From an uncultured delta proteobacterium (GTDB lineage: Bacteria; Desulfobacterota; WTBG01; CAIYCZ01; CAIRTM01): a DNA stretch of 64,000 bases. Below the pieces are notes generated by a model. The model was given only the letters and a program-made list of their open reading frames with translations. It had not been told where the DNA came from and did not search any database. Of the stretch, positions 43,483 through 53,947 are shown piece after piece. Each line of letters begins with the position of its first letter. Positions within the stretch are counted from its first letter, which is position 1. Where the stretch lies: contig CAWDSQ010000011.1 of assembly GCA_963804955.1 (NCBI GenBank), forward strand, positions 1-64,000, written 5' to 3'. Both the position numbers and the translations under genes were made by a program.

Positions 43483-44772
43483 TTACATGAGGACAGGCTG
43501 CGGTTTTTTTCGAATCATTATTTTATCGATTCTCGGGCCATCCATATCAACAATTTCCAGCAAAAAGTCCCCAAGGGAAAGGCTGGCCCCTTCGACGGGT
43601 ATGTTTTTCAGCCGGTCGAATACAAACCCGGCAATGGTGGCGTATTTTTCATGCTGCCCGTCAGGCAGGTCCAGGTGCAGCGCATCCATAATGTCAAACA
43701 GCGGGGTGCTGCCGTCAACCAGCAGCGCGCCATCGGTCATAGTCACAATGTGGTGCTGGTCTTCTCCCGCATCCGGCATATCACCCAGCACATGCTCGAT
43801 AAGATCATGCAGGGTCAGCACGCCCTCAAAAGCGCCGTATTCATTGACAACGATGCCGAAATATATTTTTGCCTCTCTGAAAATTTTGACTATTTGCAGA
43901 GGCGTAAGTCTTTCCGGAAGAAAGACCGGCCGTATTAGTATCGTGCGAGGGTCGAATGTCGGGTCGCAATGCCCTGCAAAAAAATCCTTTGCCCGCAGCA
44001 CGCCGATAATATTGTCCAGCGATTGTTCATACACGGGGAAGCAGGAATGCATGCTTTCCCGGATTGTCCGCTCTATTTCACCGCAGGGCCGGGCAATATC
44101 CAGTATGTCGACTTCCGCGCGATTGGTCATGATATGAAACGCCCTTTTATCGGAAAGCAGAAACAGATTCTCATGGAGCTGCATTTCCTCGTGTTGCAGA
44201 ACCCCCTGCCTGCCCGCCGTTTTAATCATGACGCGCAGCTCCTCTTCGGAGAGCGGCGGCTCAGCCTCCTGCCGTATGCGAAATGCCCTCAGAATCAGCC
44301 GGGTTGTGGCCGAAAGCAGAATGATAACGGGATAGGCTGTTCTGGTGAATGCCGCAATAAACGGAACCAGGAAAAAAGCGATGGGCTCGGGATTGCTCAG
44401 GGCGATTGTTTTGGGAATGAGCTCTCCGAAAACAATAGAGCAAAATGTGATGACAATGACCAGCAGCACCATGGAAATCTGATGGGCATAGGGCGCCAGC
44501 GCTTCAATTCGAGCTATAGAGGGCCGTAGATCTTCGGCAAGCGCAACACCGCTATAGGCTCCTGAAACAATGCCGATCAGCGTTATGCCCACCTGTATTG
44601 CCGACAGGAACCGTTCCGGGTCCTCCAGAAGCGCAAGAACGGTTTTTGCCCGCGCATTGCCCAGTTCTGCAGCATGCCCCAGCCTGCTTTTTTTGCAGGA
44701 CACAATCGCAATCTCAGCCAGAGCAAAAAGACCGTTCAATGCTATTAAAATACTGATGATAGCTATGTGCAT
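43483..44772 (-). CDS. Hemolysin-family CNNM/CBS/CorC protein
   Basis: LNGLFALAEIA, FLSAIQVGIT, GELIPK, HSCFPVY, VNEYG...TLHDLIE, DMDGPRIDK. Confidence 0.93.
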   Translation of the reverse strand: MHIAIISILIALNGLFALAEIAIVSCKKSRLGHAAELGNARAKTVLALLEDPERFLSAIQVGITLIGIVSGAYSGVALAEDLRPSIARIEALAPYAHQISMVLLVIVITFCSIVFGELIPKTIALSNPEPIAFFLVPFIAAFTRTAYPVIILLSATTRLILRAFRIRQEAEPPLSEEELRVMIKTAGRQGVLQHEEMQLHENLFLLSDKRAFHIMTNRAEVDILDIARPCGEIERTIRESMHSCFPVYEQSLDNIIGVLRAKDFFAGHCDPTFDPRTILIRPVFLPERLTPLQIVKIFREAKIYFGIVVNEYGAFEGVLTLHDLIEHVLGDMPDAGEDQHHIVTMTDGALLVDGSTPLFDIMDALHLDLPDGQHEKYATIAGFVFDRLKNIPVEGASLSLGDFLLEIVDMDGPRIDKIMIRKKPQPVLM

Positions 44773-45183
44773 GCGGATACTTCTCCTTAAAATTTTTCAG
44801 GGGCTGCACCGTTTGCGGGCTGTTGCCGCATGCTCCGGCTCGTGCTGTGCGGATAACGTACAAAGCATACGCAGCATCATGCGGGCCGCTGATTTTACCA
44901 AAACAGGGGTAGTGCTCCCCGATGTTTTCCTGCCCAGTGGCTGCTCTTCGAAATTATATCACATGAGTCACTTCGGAATGGAGAGAAATCACGCAAAAAA
45001 AGGCCGCCGGTTCTCTTGCGCGATCCAGATGAAGGGCATGATTTGTATAATAGAGCAGGAGATACATTTGTTTGTAATTGTTAAACCCTTGAATAATAGA
45101 GGGCTTTTATGTTATACAGTGCGTCAGAGACCGACACTTACACAAGGGGGGATGATCACACTCGGCAATTCTTTGCATACCAA

Positions 45184-45215
45184 CAACTGATGGGTTCCGC
45201 TTCGCTGCACCCATC
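45184..45215 (+). repeat. 32-bp direct repeat, left of the MNT-HEPN pair
   Basis: CAACTGATGGGTTCCGCTTCGCTGCACCCATC; copy at 46013-46044 with one mismatch. Confidence 0.8.
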
Positions 45216-45319
45216 CGATCTGCGCTCGACAGGGTGTCAATCTGGAAGTTTCCTCCTGTTGACACACAGCATCCTTTGCACTATACTTTTTGCCAATTCA
45301 AAAATACTGTGAGGGATGT

Positions 45320-45634
45320 ATGGCACGAATCAATCGTCCGGCGCTTTCCATAGAAGCTATCAATGCGCTTTTAACCTCCCATAAAGAGCTCCTGCAAAAA
45401 TATAAAGTCAAAAGAATCGGCCTGTTTGGTTCACATGTCCGACAGTCACAAAACAAACGCAGCGATATTGATTTTCTCGTGGAATTTGAAAAACCATCCT
45501 TTGACAACTACATGGATCTACTCTTCTCGCTTGAGCGCCTGTTCGGCAAGTCAATTGATCTCGTTACGCACAATGGCTTAAGCCCGTATATGCGACCCTA
45601 TGTTGAAAACGAGGTCAGGTGGCATGAAGTCTGA
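45320..45634 (+). CDS. Minimal nucleotidyltransferase (MNT) antitoxin
   Basis: IGLFGSHVR...SDIDFLVEF, IDLVT. Confidence 0.92.
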   Translation: MARINRPALSIEAINALLTSHKELLQKYKVKRIGLFGSHVRQSQNKRSDIDFLVEFEKPSFDNYMDLLFSLERLFGKSIDLVTHNGLSPYMRPYVENEVRWHEV

Positions 45635-45962
45635 CCTTGTTTTTTTGCAGCACATGCTTGATGAAATAAACTTCCTGCAGAAGGAATGTAAATCTTTCAC
45701 ATTTAAAGATTTTACCGACAATGAGCTATTGATGCGCGCAGCCTCAAGAAGCCTTGAAATTATTGGCGAAGCCGCAAAAAACCTTTCAATGGAATTCCGG
45801 AAAACACACAAAAGCATCCAATGGAAAAAGATTGCCGGATTGCGAGATAAGATCATTCATTTCTATTTCGGCGTTGACTGGGAAATTGTCTGGAATGTTA
45901 TTCAAGAAAAACTTCCGGAACTAAAAAACAATATTGAAGAAATTTTAAACACGCCCCAATAA
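45624..45962 (+). CDS. HEPN (DUF86/HepT-like) RNase toxin
   Basis: RSLEIIGEAAK, WKKIAGLRDKIIHFY (Rx4HxY). Confidence 0.92.
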   Translation: MKSDLVFLQHMLDEINFLQKECKSFTFKDFTDNELLMRAASRSLEIIGEAAKNLSMEFRKTHKSIQWKKIAGLRDKIIHFYFGVDWEIVWNVIQEKLPELKNNIEEILNTPQ

Positions 45963-45978
45963 CTTTGACTGTAGGAGT

Positions 45979-46081
45979 CGTAGGTCGGGTTGAAGAATGA
46001 AACCCGACAATTCAACTGATGGGTTCCGCTTCGTTGCACCCATCTACAGCTCAATACGGGCGGGATAACCTCGCCCCTACA
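45979..46081. repeat. REP cluster including the right direct repeat (46013-46044)
   Basis: GTAGGTCGGGTT..AACCCGAC, GATGGGT..ACCCATC and GGGCGG..CGCCCCTAC hairpins. Confidence 0.65.
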
Positions 46082-46184
46082 ACACTCCGAACCTGAACCC
46101 CGACCCGCCCTCAATTTCTCATCAAACGCGCGTCGCATGGAAATGCAGACTGCGGCTGCATATGGGTATGCTGCATCAAAAATG

Positions 46185-46778
46185 TCATGGCTTGCGGGCA
46201 AAACCGTAGAAGAGCAGGGCGGCCAGCTCGCTGGCTCGATCCTGAATGTCGGGCATGATATTCACGAAATCGCGGTGGTTGACCAGGTCGCACAGGTGGT
46301 CGAACATGAACAGCAGCACGGGCATTTTTAAATCCGGGTGTATATGCCCCTGCTGCTGGGCCAGTATGAAAAAATCCACCGAGAGCTTCCGCGTTTTTTT
46401 CTGCATATCGCGGAAATAGCCGTTCAGGGGGGAATCCTCCCTCATCATGTCATCAAGCAGGGCCGGCCCCACGGCATGAATCTGTGCTGTTGTCTGCAGA
46501 AGCATTTTTTCAACCTTGGCGGCAAAAGGCCCATCCTCCAGCATCATGTCCTGAAAGGCTGCTATGCCGAAGTTAACAAGGGCGTCCAGCATCGTTCGGG
46601 CTATATCCCATTTGTCGGTAAAATATTTATAGCAGGTCATTTTGCTGACACCTGCTTCTTTGCAGATTTCCTCAACCGTCACCCGGCGAACGCCGTATTT
46701 AAAGAAAAGCTCCTGTGCTGCTTCCAGGAGCAGTTGCTTTTTTACCGGCTGTTGAGCGCCCTCTTTGTCAATCTTCAT
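46185..46778 (-). CDS. TetR/AcrR-family regulator
   Basis: LLEAAQELFFKYG...TVEEICKEAGVSKMTCYKYF HTH. Confidence 0.92.
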   Translation of the reverse strand: MKIDKEGAQQPVKKQLLLEAAQELFFKYGVRRVTVEEICKEAGVSKMTCYKYFTDKWDIARTMLDALVNFGIAAFQDMMLEDGPFAAKVEKMLLQTTAQIHAVGPALLDDMMREDSPLNGYFRDMQKKTRKLSVDFFILAQQQGHIHPDLKMPVLLFMFDHLCDLVNHRDFVNIMPDIQDRASELAALLFYGFARKP

Positions 46779-46851
46779 TGCCTATCCTTACGAATTTAGT
46801 CTAAGTATACCGTTTTAGTAACTATAATGCAATAAAAATAAATTTACTGAC

Positions 46852-46898
46852 TTGACATTGTTATACGATTATTGTATTAAAAAAAGAGAATCGTATAA
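46852..46898 (+). promoter_or_regulatory. Sigma70-like promoter overlapped by an inverted repeat (candidate TetR operator)
   Basis: TTGACA-N17-TATTAA; TTATACGATT (46861) / AATCGTATAA (46889). Confidence 0.6.
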
Positions 46899-46981
46899 TA
46901 ATTGATTTGTTTGGGTTGGTCATTCCAAAACTCATAATCGACTCAAACAGATCAAAACAATCAATGGAGAGGAACTGTCTT

Positions 46982-47743
46982 ATGAAGCGCAGACTTTTTC
47001 TCAAAGCACTGGGGATGGGGTGCCTCGGCTGTTGCTGCCAACCGCTGGAGGCTTTTGCTGCAATCGGCCAGAAGACCTACAGCACAACCAAACTTCTCGC
47101 GGATTATGATCTTAATCTACAGTGGCGTCGGGAGCTGTATCTCAAAAATCCCGCTTTAGCAGGCGATATCGACGGTGTTCTCGACGAGATGCGCGATTCC
47201 TACGAAGCGCATCATTCCGGACATCCCCTATATCGGTAAAAGAAATTTCCATCTCCAGTGGGCAATACCGAATGCTGAAAAACTCGCCGACTACCTTGTG
47301 GCCAAAAAGTACGGGGTAACGATTCCGGAGTTCAGCAGGCTGCATCTTGACCAGGCTCTGAGCGATCTGATGGTTATCCGACGGAAGAAAAGCGCCGGAA
47401 GATCGGCAGCATGCAGTTCGGGCCGATGTCCGATATGCTGATGCGTTTCGTGGCATGGCGCTCGCAGTTGCGAATATTTCCGGATGATTATATTTTGAAA
47501 TTCGTTCCGGGTGACGGGGTCGATTTTGACTGGGGCCTCGACTACACGCAGTGCCCCAATGTTAATCTCTACAGCAGGCACGGTGCTGCAGATCTTGTGT
47601 ACCCTATGATCTGCACCATGGACTATGTGGCCGGCAAGGCGCTTTTTGTCGGTTATCACAGAACCATGGATCTTGCCAGAGGAGTCCCAATGTGCGATCT
47701 GCGCTGGAAGAAAGGCGTTGAGTCCGTCATACCGGAAATATGA
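46982..47743 (+). CDS. Tat-exported protein with an ATC-hydrolase-like (V4R-like) domain, two indels
   Basis: MKRRLFLK twin-Arg motif; GLDYTQCP, ICTMDY, RTMDLARG.PMCDLRW. Confidence 0.7.
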
Positions 47744-47962
47744 GTTCTGTCATGGCGCTGCCTGCATGGTTTCAGATAATGCCTCCCGGCTAAAATTTGT
47801 TGGGCATAAAAGATAGGAGTCAGAAGGCAGGAGTCAGAAGTCAGAAGAAAAATTCAAGATTCCGGATTCAAATTCAAAATTGCAGGGGCAGACCTGTGTA
47901 TCTGCCCTGGGTGATAGGATTATGAGTTGCAGAACTGAAATAATTTATCCGAGGAGAAGGCG

Positions 47963-49213
47963 ATGAAGAAATTGATGATCTGTGCTGCGATACTCTGGCT
48001 CGGCATCGGCATGCTTACCGGCTGCAAAAAGACCTGCGAGCCCGGAGTGAAGCAGGCCTGCTACTGCCCCGAGGGTACCGTTAAAGAGCAGACCTGCAGG
48101 GATGACGGCAAGGGCTGGGACGCATGCCCGTGCACCTATTATTCATCCTGGTGCGACAACACTTCTGGCCTGTGCTGGCAGGACCCGCAGCGCGAGGCCT
48201 ACGACATGGATGAGGGCGGGCTTGAGCCTGCTGATGCGGTGCGTTATTGCGAGCAGGTTGCTTTCGGCGGACATGCCGACTGGCGCCTGCCCACCATTGA
48301 AGAGCTGCGCACGCTGGTACGGGGAAATCCGGCCACCGAGACAGACGGCGAATGCCCGCTTCGCAATGACAGCGTCAGCAGCGATATGAATGATCCGGCC
48401 TGCGCGCCCGTAACAGAATATGGCGGCCCCGGCACCGGCGGCTGCTACTGGCCGCCGGAGCTGACCGGCAACTGCGAAAAGCCCGACCCTGCTTCGCAGG
48501 GACATCCTCTGGAGTTCGTGGCCTCGACCCGGTGCCCCGGCCCTGATGTGGTGGGCTGGTATGGCACGATCATGTTTGAAAACGGCGCTGTCTGCTGGAA
48601 CCATATCAATACCTTTGCCGATGTGCGCTGCGTGCATGCTGCTCCCGCTCCCCCGGAAACCTGTATTGAGGAAGGGCAGTGCATGCCGGGCGAAACGCGC
48701 AGGTGCATCGCCGAAAATTCCAGGGCCGGCGCGCAGGTCTGCGCTCCCTGGGGGTGCTGGGGATCCTGCGACAGCACATCATTCAAAAAATCGCCCCCTC
48801 CAAAAGATGTCTGTTCGACATGCGATCAGATTAAGCTGATCATAAGGGTTCCGGAGAAGCTGGCGGCGCCGCCCGCGCAACTTCTGGCATTTCTGTATGA
48901 TGCCGAGACCTGGACCTTTCCGCCTGCAAGGCCGCCGGATGGCGGCACTTCCGACAACCAGGTGAAGAATCCCGATATTGACGTGGACAAACCATTTAGC
49001 CTGACAGTGCCTGCATGCACCTATTATCGCAAGAAATGTCTCAAGGGTGAATATAAACTGTATGTAGCCATAATGCAGAGCGAGACCATGCCGCCGGTCA
49101 TGCAGGAGGGCGATTACTGGTGGGGAGAGGTTCAGGAGCCCCTTATCCTCGGAGAAGGGCCTGCGCAGACTATAGACATGGATATTACCCTTGTGCCCTG
49201 GACAGCTAAATGA
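47963..49213 (+). CDS. Cys-rich lipoprotein with a DUF1566 (Lcl/CLec) domain
   Basis: Lipobox LTGC; DNTSGLCWQ, AVRYC...GGHADWRLPTIEELRTL, VRCV. Confidence 0.85.
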   Translation: MKKLMICAAILWLGIGMLTGCKKTCEPGVKQACYCPEGTVKEQTCRDDGKGWDACPCTYYSSWCDNTSGLCWQDPQREAYDMDEGGLEPADAVRYCEQVAFGGHADWRLPTIEELRTLVRGNPATETDGECPLRNDSVSSDMNDPACAPVTEYGGPGTGGCYWPPELTGNCEKPDPASQGHPLEFVASTRCPGPDVVGWYGTIMFENGAVCWNHINTFADVRCVHAAPAPPETCIEEGQCMPGETRRCIAENSRAGAQVCAPWGCWGSCDSTSFKKSPPPKDVCSTCDQIKLIIRVPEKLAAPPAQLLAFLYDAETWTFPPARPPDGGTSDNQVKNPDIDVDKPFSLTVPACTYYRKKCLKGEYKLYVAIMQSETMPPVMQEGDYWWGEVQEPLILGEGPAQTIDMDITLVPWTAK

Positions 49214-49443
49214 TCTATCAGCCTGATGCTTTTATGAAGAGAGCCTCGGCTGTTGATAGATGACAGAATAATTAAGCAATAGGGGAGAACAGGGTTTGCA
49301 GAAGGAAATTTTGAGAAGCGGCGATATGTGAATGGAGATGCGTGGATTTCAGACTTTTATGGTTTTTTGAAGAAGGCAACTCAAACACTACGGGTGGTTG
49401 TTGACATACTTTAGTACAAAGCCCCGCAAAGAAGGGGGCAAAA

Positions 49444-49550
49444 AGCCGGACACGAACCTGACGTAGTGCCTTTATTGTAGACCGGACAAAGCAAAGCGTG
49501 TCCGGTGATAGTGTAGGTATTGAGTAAAAGTCAGGTTCTTTGTCCAGCCT
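49444..49550 (+). ncRNA. Candidate structured ncRNA (long rod-like hairpin)
   Basis: GAACCTGAC/GTCAGGTTC, AGTGCCT/AGGTATT (G-U pairs), ACCGGACA/TGTCCGGT nested stems in an intergenic region. Confidence 0.4.
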
Positions 49551-49680
49551 ACGGGTTCTGTTTTTTTTACCCCCTTTATTGTGTGGGCTGTACTTAAGAC
49601 ACAGTGTCCAGGTCAGGAGAGGGGGCTGGTTGTTCACCCCCGCATTTCAAGGTGAAGGCCTGCCATGCTGCATAAATGAA

Positions 49681-49710
49681 AAGAGCCGGGTGCATCAACA
49701 CCCGGCTCTT
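49681..49710 (-). terminator. Rho-independent terminator of the 49747-50190 gene
   Basis: AAGAGCCGGGTG-CATCAA-CACCCGGCTCTT. Confidence 0.75.
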
Positions 49711-49746
49711 TGTACACTTCTTTAAAAGTTCCCGTACCGCGGTTGC

Positions 49747-50190
49747 TTATCGTATTTCAAGCGTACCCGTGCAGTTATCATCATCGCCAACTGTCACCTC
49801 AAACTCGCCCGGTTCCGCATTGGCTTGTATCCATACAAGGGAGAAGATGCGCCGCGGGAATCTGAACTGCAAAATGGTATTGATATCGTCGGTTCCCCAA
49901 TCAACCATATCACCCCTTTCAAATTCCACTCCGTCGCCTTCGCTCACGATAAACATACCAAAACGCCCCAGGCGCCTGCTGCGAATTGATTCCGGGAAAA
50001 CTTTCAGTGTGCAGGTTGATGCAAAGGCCTTGAAGTCTCCGTCCTGTTGAGCTGCATCATCGATGAGCAGCATTTCAGATTCAGCCGGATCATTTGCTGC
50101 GACTTCCTGCGCAGCTGCTTTTCCAGCCATACTGAAAATCAGGACAAGCGCCATGAGTATGCTGAAAAATGCCCCTGTTGCGTATTTCAT
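49747..50190 (-). CDS. Secreted hypothetical protein (beta-rich)
   Basis: GAGGAG RBS; signal peptide ending AAA-QE. Confidence 0.7.
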   Translation of the reverse strand: MKYATGAFFSILMALVLIFSMAGKAAAQEVAANDPAESEMLLIDDAAQQDGDFKAFASTCTLKVFPESIRSRRLGRFGMFIVSEGDGVEFERGDMVDWGTDDINTILQFRFPRRIFSLVWIQANAEPGEFEVTVGDDDNCTGTLEIR

Positions 50191-50686
50191 AGAAGGCTCC
50201 TCTTATGAATGATGAAGCTGTTTTTTGCAGATTTTTTCTTATACATTTATATTTTTATACACTTGCCGGCTTGCTGTCAAGTTTTTTTAGTGTTTTTTAT
50301 GATAAAAAAAAATTAATTTTGTTATTTTAAGTATAAAAAAATAAATTTTTGTATGTCGCTAAGAGAAGAGTCTTTATAAAATATAAAGAACTTTAGAATA
50401 AAGGGTGACCTCTTTCAGGGCAGGTGATACAGGTTCCTGGAAATCAGCCGCATTGACTGCCTGCAGCCATTGTAGTAGATTCTTAGGTAAAAAATTTTTA
50501 GAAAACACTGCGCCGGCATGTGCCGCAACCCTGTGGTAAGCATTCAGGCGCCCTGCTTTGGATGCGGAGCACGAATGATGTATTGTATTCAGGAACCATC
50601 GTTTTAGGCGATGATCCTGAAGACGGCAATTCAAGCAAACCGCTATGCGTGCGGCTTGTTGATTTAATAACCCCGAGGAGCAGATA

Positions 50687-50884
50687 ATGTCAAAAACAGT
50701 ACGGGAAGCATGGATGACTGAAGCACTTGAGGCTGAGCTGAAACGAATTGCCCGGGATGGCTTCGTGAGCTGCGAACAGATTCAGGCCTTTGCGGCAAAA
50801 CACATTATCGAAATCACAAAAATGAAACCTTTTGTGGACTGTATCGGCCTTCAGGTATCCAATTGCCGGGGCCTGTGCGCTTAG
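50687..50884 (+). CDS. Small Cys-containing hypothetical protein
   Basis: GAGGAG RBS; DGFVSC...VSNCRGLC. Confidence 0.65.
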   Translation: MSKTVREAWMTEALEAELKRIARDGFVSCEQIQAFAAKHIIEITKMKPFVDCIGLQVSNCRGLCA

Positions 50885-50887
50885 TAC

Positions 50888-50995
50888 AGCCCCACTCAAA
50901 AGAGGGGGCGAAAAATTCCCCCTTTAGCAAAGGGGGATAAAAACGGCATTTTTTTTGTATAAATAAAATATTGCCCCCTTTTTATGTGGCGAGGT
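50888..50995. repeat. Host palindrome family C, uninterrupted copy
   Basis: AATTCCCCCTTTAGCAAAGGGGGA; flanks similar to 41623-41880. Confidence 0.7.
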
Positions 50996-51132
50996 ACTTA
51001 GAAGGCCTCACTGAACGAAACATCGGCTGCAGACCGCAACATCCCGTATGCTGTGGCCAATGCAAAAATGTCGATACTTTGGAGAAATGTCGGCCTGCTG
51101 ATTCCCAATCTTGATCCTGGTGAGATGAAATT

Positions 51133-52369
51133 ATGCGCATCCACTATGGCATTATTATTCTTGGACTGATTGTGTGTTCCGTGTTCAGCGCGCTGGGCCT
51201 GGCGCGTTTTGGCTATACCAGTATCCTGCCCGCTATGCAGGAAGGCCTGCACCTGTCCAACACGCAAACCGGGGCACTGCAAACCTTGAACCTTGTCGGC
51301 TATTTGCTCACGGTGGTCTTTGCCGGCATTTTTGCCGCCCGGTATGGCCCGCGGATTGTTATAGCCTTTTCTCTGCTCATTGTCGGTCTGTCGATGATTG
51401 TAACCGGTCTTGTTCCAACGGTTGAAGCCGCCTGTATCGGCCGCTTTTTCGCCGGCGTGGGCGGAGCTGGCGGAAATGTTCCGGCCATGGGCCTTGTGTC
51501 GGCATGGTTCGGAGCCAGGAGGCGCGGCCTTGCCTCCGGTGTGGGCGTCACCGGGTCGAGCGTCGGGCTGATTGTGACGGGGCCGCTTATCCCTGCAATT
51601 TTAAATCAGTATGGTCCCGGGGGCTGGCGGATCAGCTGGTATGTGCTTGGAGCTCTCTCTCTTGCTGTGTGCGCTCTATGCGCTGTATTTTTGCGCAACC
51701 ACCCTGCGGAGAAGGGGCTCAAGCCCGTCGGCGAAAATGAAGCTGAATGCATACAACGCAACAAGCGGGGCCGGCGCCCCGTCTTTGCATTGGAATCTGA
51801 TCTGGAGATCGCGCCTGCTGTGGCAGCTTGCCGCGATCTACTGCGCTTTCGGGTTTTCCTATATCATCTATTCCACCTTTTTTGTCAGGCATCTGGTGAA
51901 AGACGGCGGCTTTACGCCTGGCGGCGCCGGGTCTCTCTGGATGCAAATCGGCATGGTTTCAATGATCAGCGGCTTTATCTGGGGCAGCGTCTCTGATCGC
52001 TGGGGGCGGCGCATGGCGCTGCTGTGCGTCTTCACGCTGCAGGGCGTATCGTTTGCTGTTTTCGGCCTGAGCACCCACGTGACCGCCGTTTATTTTTCCT
52101 CTGCATTGTTTGCATTGACCGCATGGAGCATCCCTGCCCTGATGGCCGCCCTTGCCGGCGACGTGTTTGGCGCTCGACTGGCCCCTGCTGCCCTTGGCCT
52201 GATGACAATCGTCTTCGGCATCGGGCAGGCGCTGGGTCCGTATTTCGCCGGCGCTGTTGCGGATGCCACACAATCGTTTTCAACAGCTTTTGTGATAGCC
52301 GGGATAGTCGCACTGGTCTTCGGCACAGGCGGGTCGCTTTTTTTGAGAACGTCAAAAGGCGTCACGTGA
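51133..52369 (+). CDS. MFS transporter (YbfB/YjiJ-like), frameshift near 51770
   Basis: GLARFGYTSILPAM, AWFGARRRGLA, GSVSDRWGRR; about 12 TM segments. Confidence 0.88.
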
Positions 52370-52507
52370 CCTGAGGCCGACACTCCTTAAACAGGGTAAT
52401 TATTAATTTGATGCAAAAAAATATTTCTGTTTCATCCTCCATTGAAAAAAAGGGATACAGGGGGATTTTTTGCAGCCTGACAAATTCCCCTAACCCCCTT
52501 TGCTTAA

Positions 52508-52698
52508 GAGCCTGTGTCGCAATTGATTTATTAATGTCATTTCGAATCCGCCGCAGGCGGTGAGTCTCGCAGGTTGCGCCACCGCGCATGCAATCTTAAG
52601 CCCTTGCTTTTACGTACTACAAAGATCTCTCCCGGAGCCCGCCCTGAGCGAAGCCGAAGGGGTCGAGATGACAGCAAAGTTAATTGCGACACAGGCTC
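52508..52698. mobile_element. Second MITE copy with TIR GAGCCTGTGTCGCAATT, carrying REP A, inside palindrome C
   Basis: Perfect 17-bp TIR; TAA on both flanks; opposite orientation to the 41662 copy. Confidence 0.8.
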
Positions 52699-52886
52699 TA
52701 AAGGGGGAATGTTTCGCCCCATCTTTTTAGGGGCTTTGTCGGGAGTATTAACTTAAGCTTGACACAGTATTGCGGACGCCTGTATGGTTTTAGCGAAGAG
52801 GCATTAATATAATTTACCGGTTATATGAAGGCATACAAGGTGAGCTCCCGGACTGCGGCATGCGCCATCCGTCGGGCAATCCGTTT

Positions 52887-53507
52887 ATGAAACAGGTGAC
52901 ACAGATATCCTTTGTGCGGCACGGGCATGTGCATAATCCCGGTGCGGTCTTATACGGAAGGCTTCCTGGATTCAGACTCGACAGGCAGGGCGTGCAGGAG
53001 GCACAGCGTGCCGGCAGGGCGCTGTGCGGAAAAAATATTACCGCCATCTTCAGCAGCCCCCTGCTCAGGGCCCGCCAGACAGCCCGTGAAGTGCTTGCCT
53101 GCAGCGGAACCCTGCCGCTGCGCTTCTCAAAGCTGCTTACTGAAGTGCATACATACTTTGAAGGCCGGCCGTCAGCTGAAATTGATGCGCTGCAGGATGA
53201 TATTTATACGGGGGCGCCGCCGGGCTTTGAGCAGCCCGCAGATATTGTTGCGCGGGGTATGCGGTTTGTGCAGCGAATGCGCCGGCAGTATGCGGGACAG
53301 CATATTGCCGCCGTTACCCACGGCGACATCATCGTGTTTATGATTTTGTGGGCGAAAGCGATGCCCCTTACACCGGCAAATAAGCTTCGGCTTTCAGCAT
53401 CAGGCGTTCTTGACGCCTACCCGGCACCAGGCTCTATTACAACGTTTACCTATCGAACGCTGTCACCGGATGAAAAGCCGGCTGTGCGCTATGTGAAGCC
53501 TTTGTGA
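52887..53507 (+). CDS. Histidine phosphatase family protein
   Basis: VRHG, SSPLLRARQTA, VTHG. Confidence 0.9.
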   Translation: MKQVTQISFVRHGHVHNPGAVLYGRLPGFRLDRQGVQEAQRAGRALCGKNITAIFSSPLLRARQTAREVLACSGTLPLRFSKLLTEVHTYFEGRPSAEIDALQDDIYTGAPPGFEQPADIVARGMRFVQRMRRQYAGQHIAAVTHGDIIVFMILWAKAMPLTPANKLRLSASGVLDAYPAPGSITTFTYRTLSPDEKPAVRYVKPL

Positions 53508-53614
53508 CTTGTGTATGGCATATGCGAGCCTAACGGTGCAGAATATGTTTCATGCATTTTTTCATACGCGCACTGGTCTCTGCATGGCTTGCTGCTGATA
53601 CATCAAACATACTT

Positions 53615-53947
53615 ATGGATACGTATAAAATCCTTGATGACCTCATCGCTGTGCTTGATTCCCATGGCGTGAAAATCCGCATGGAGTCTCTTGATGACAG
53701 TTCCGGCGGTTTATGCAGATTCCATGAAACAAATATTTTATTTCTTGATAAAAATGCAGGAGCCGACCATCAGCTGCAGGTATGTGCCGGTGCAATTTTG
53801 AAGCTTATTGATATTGGAACAGTCTATCTTAAGCCGGAGGTCAGGCAGCTGCTTGAAAGCATTCAGAATACGGCGGACGAAGCCACGCGCCATATGCTCT
53901 CATTGAAGGCTGGCCATGCACAAGGACCCTGTTATTATTCCCCCTGA
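53615..53947 (+). CDS. Hypothetical protein
   Basis: GVKIRME...GGLCR...LFLDK, YLKPEVRQLLE; C-terminus uncertain. Confidence 0.6.
   Translation: MDTYKILDDLIAVLDSHGVKIRMESLDDSSGGLCRFHETNILFLDKNAGADHQLQVCAGAILKLIDIGTVYLKPEVRQLLESIQNTADEATRHMLSLKAGHAQGPCYYSP

Noticed and set aside
47963..49213. DUF1566 protein as a diversity-generating retroelement target
   Set aside because: No reverse transcriptase and no template repeat differing at adenines seen in the window
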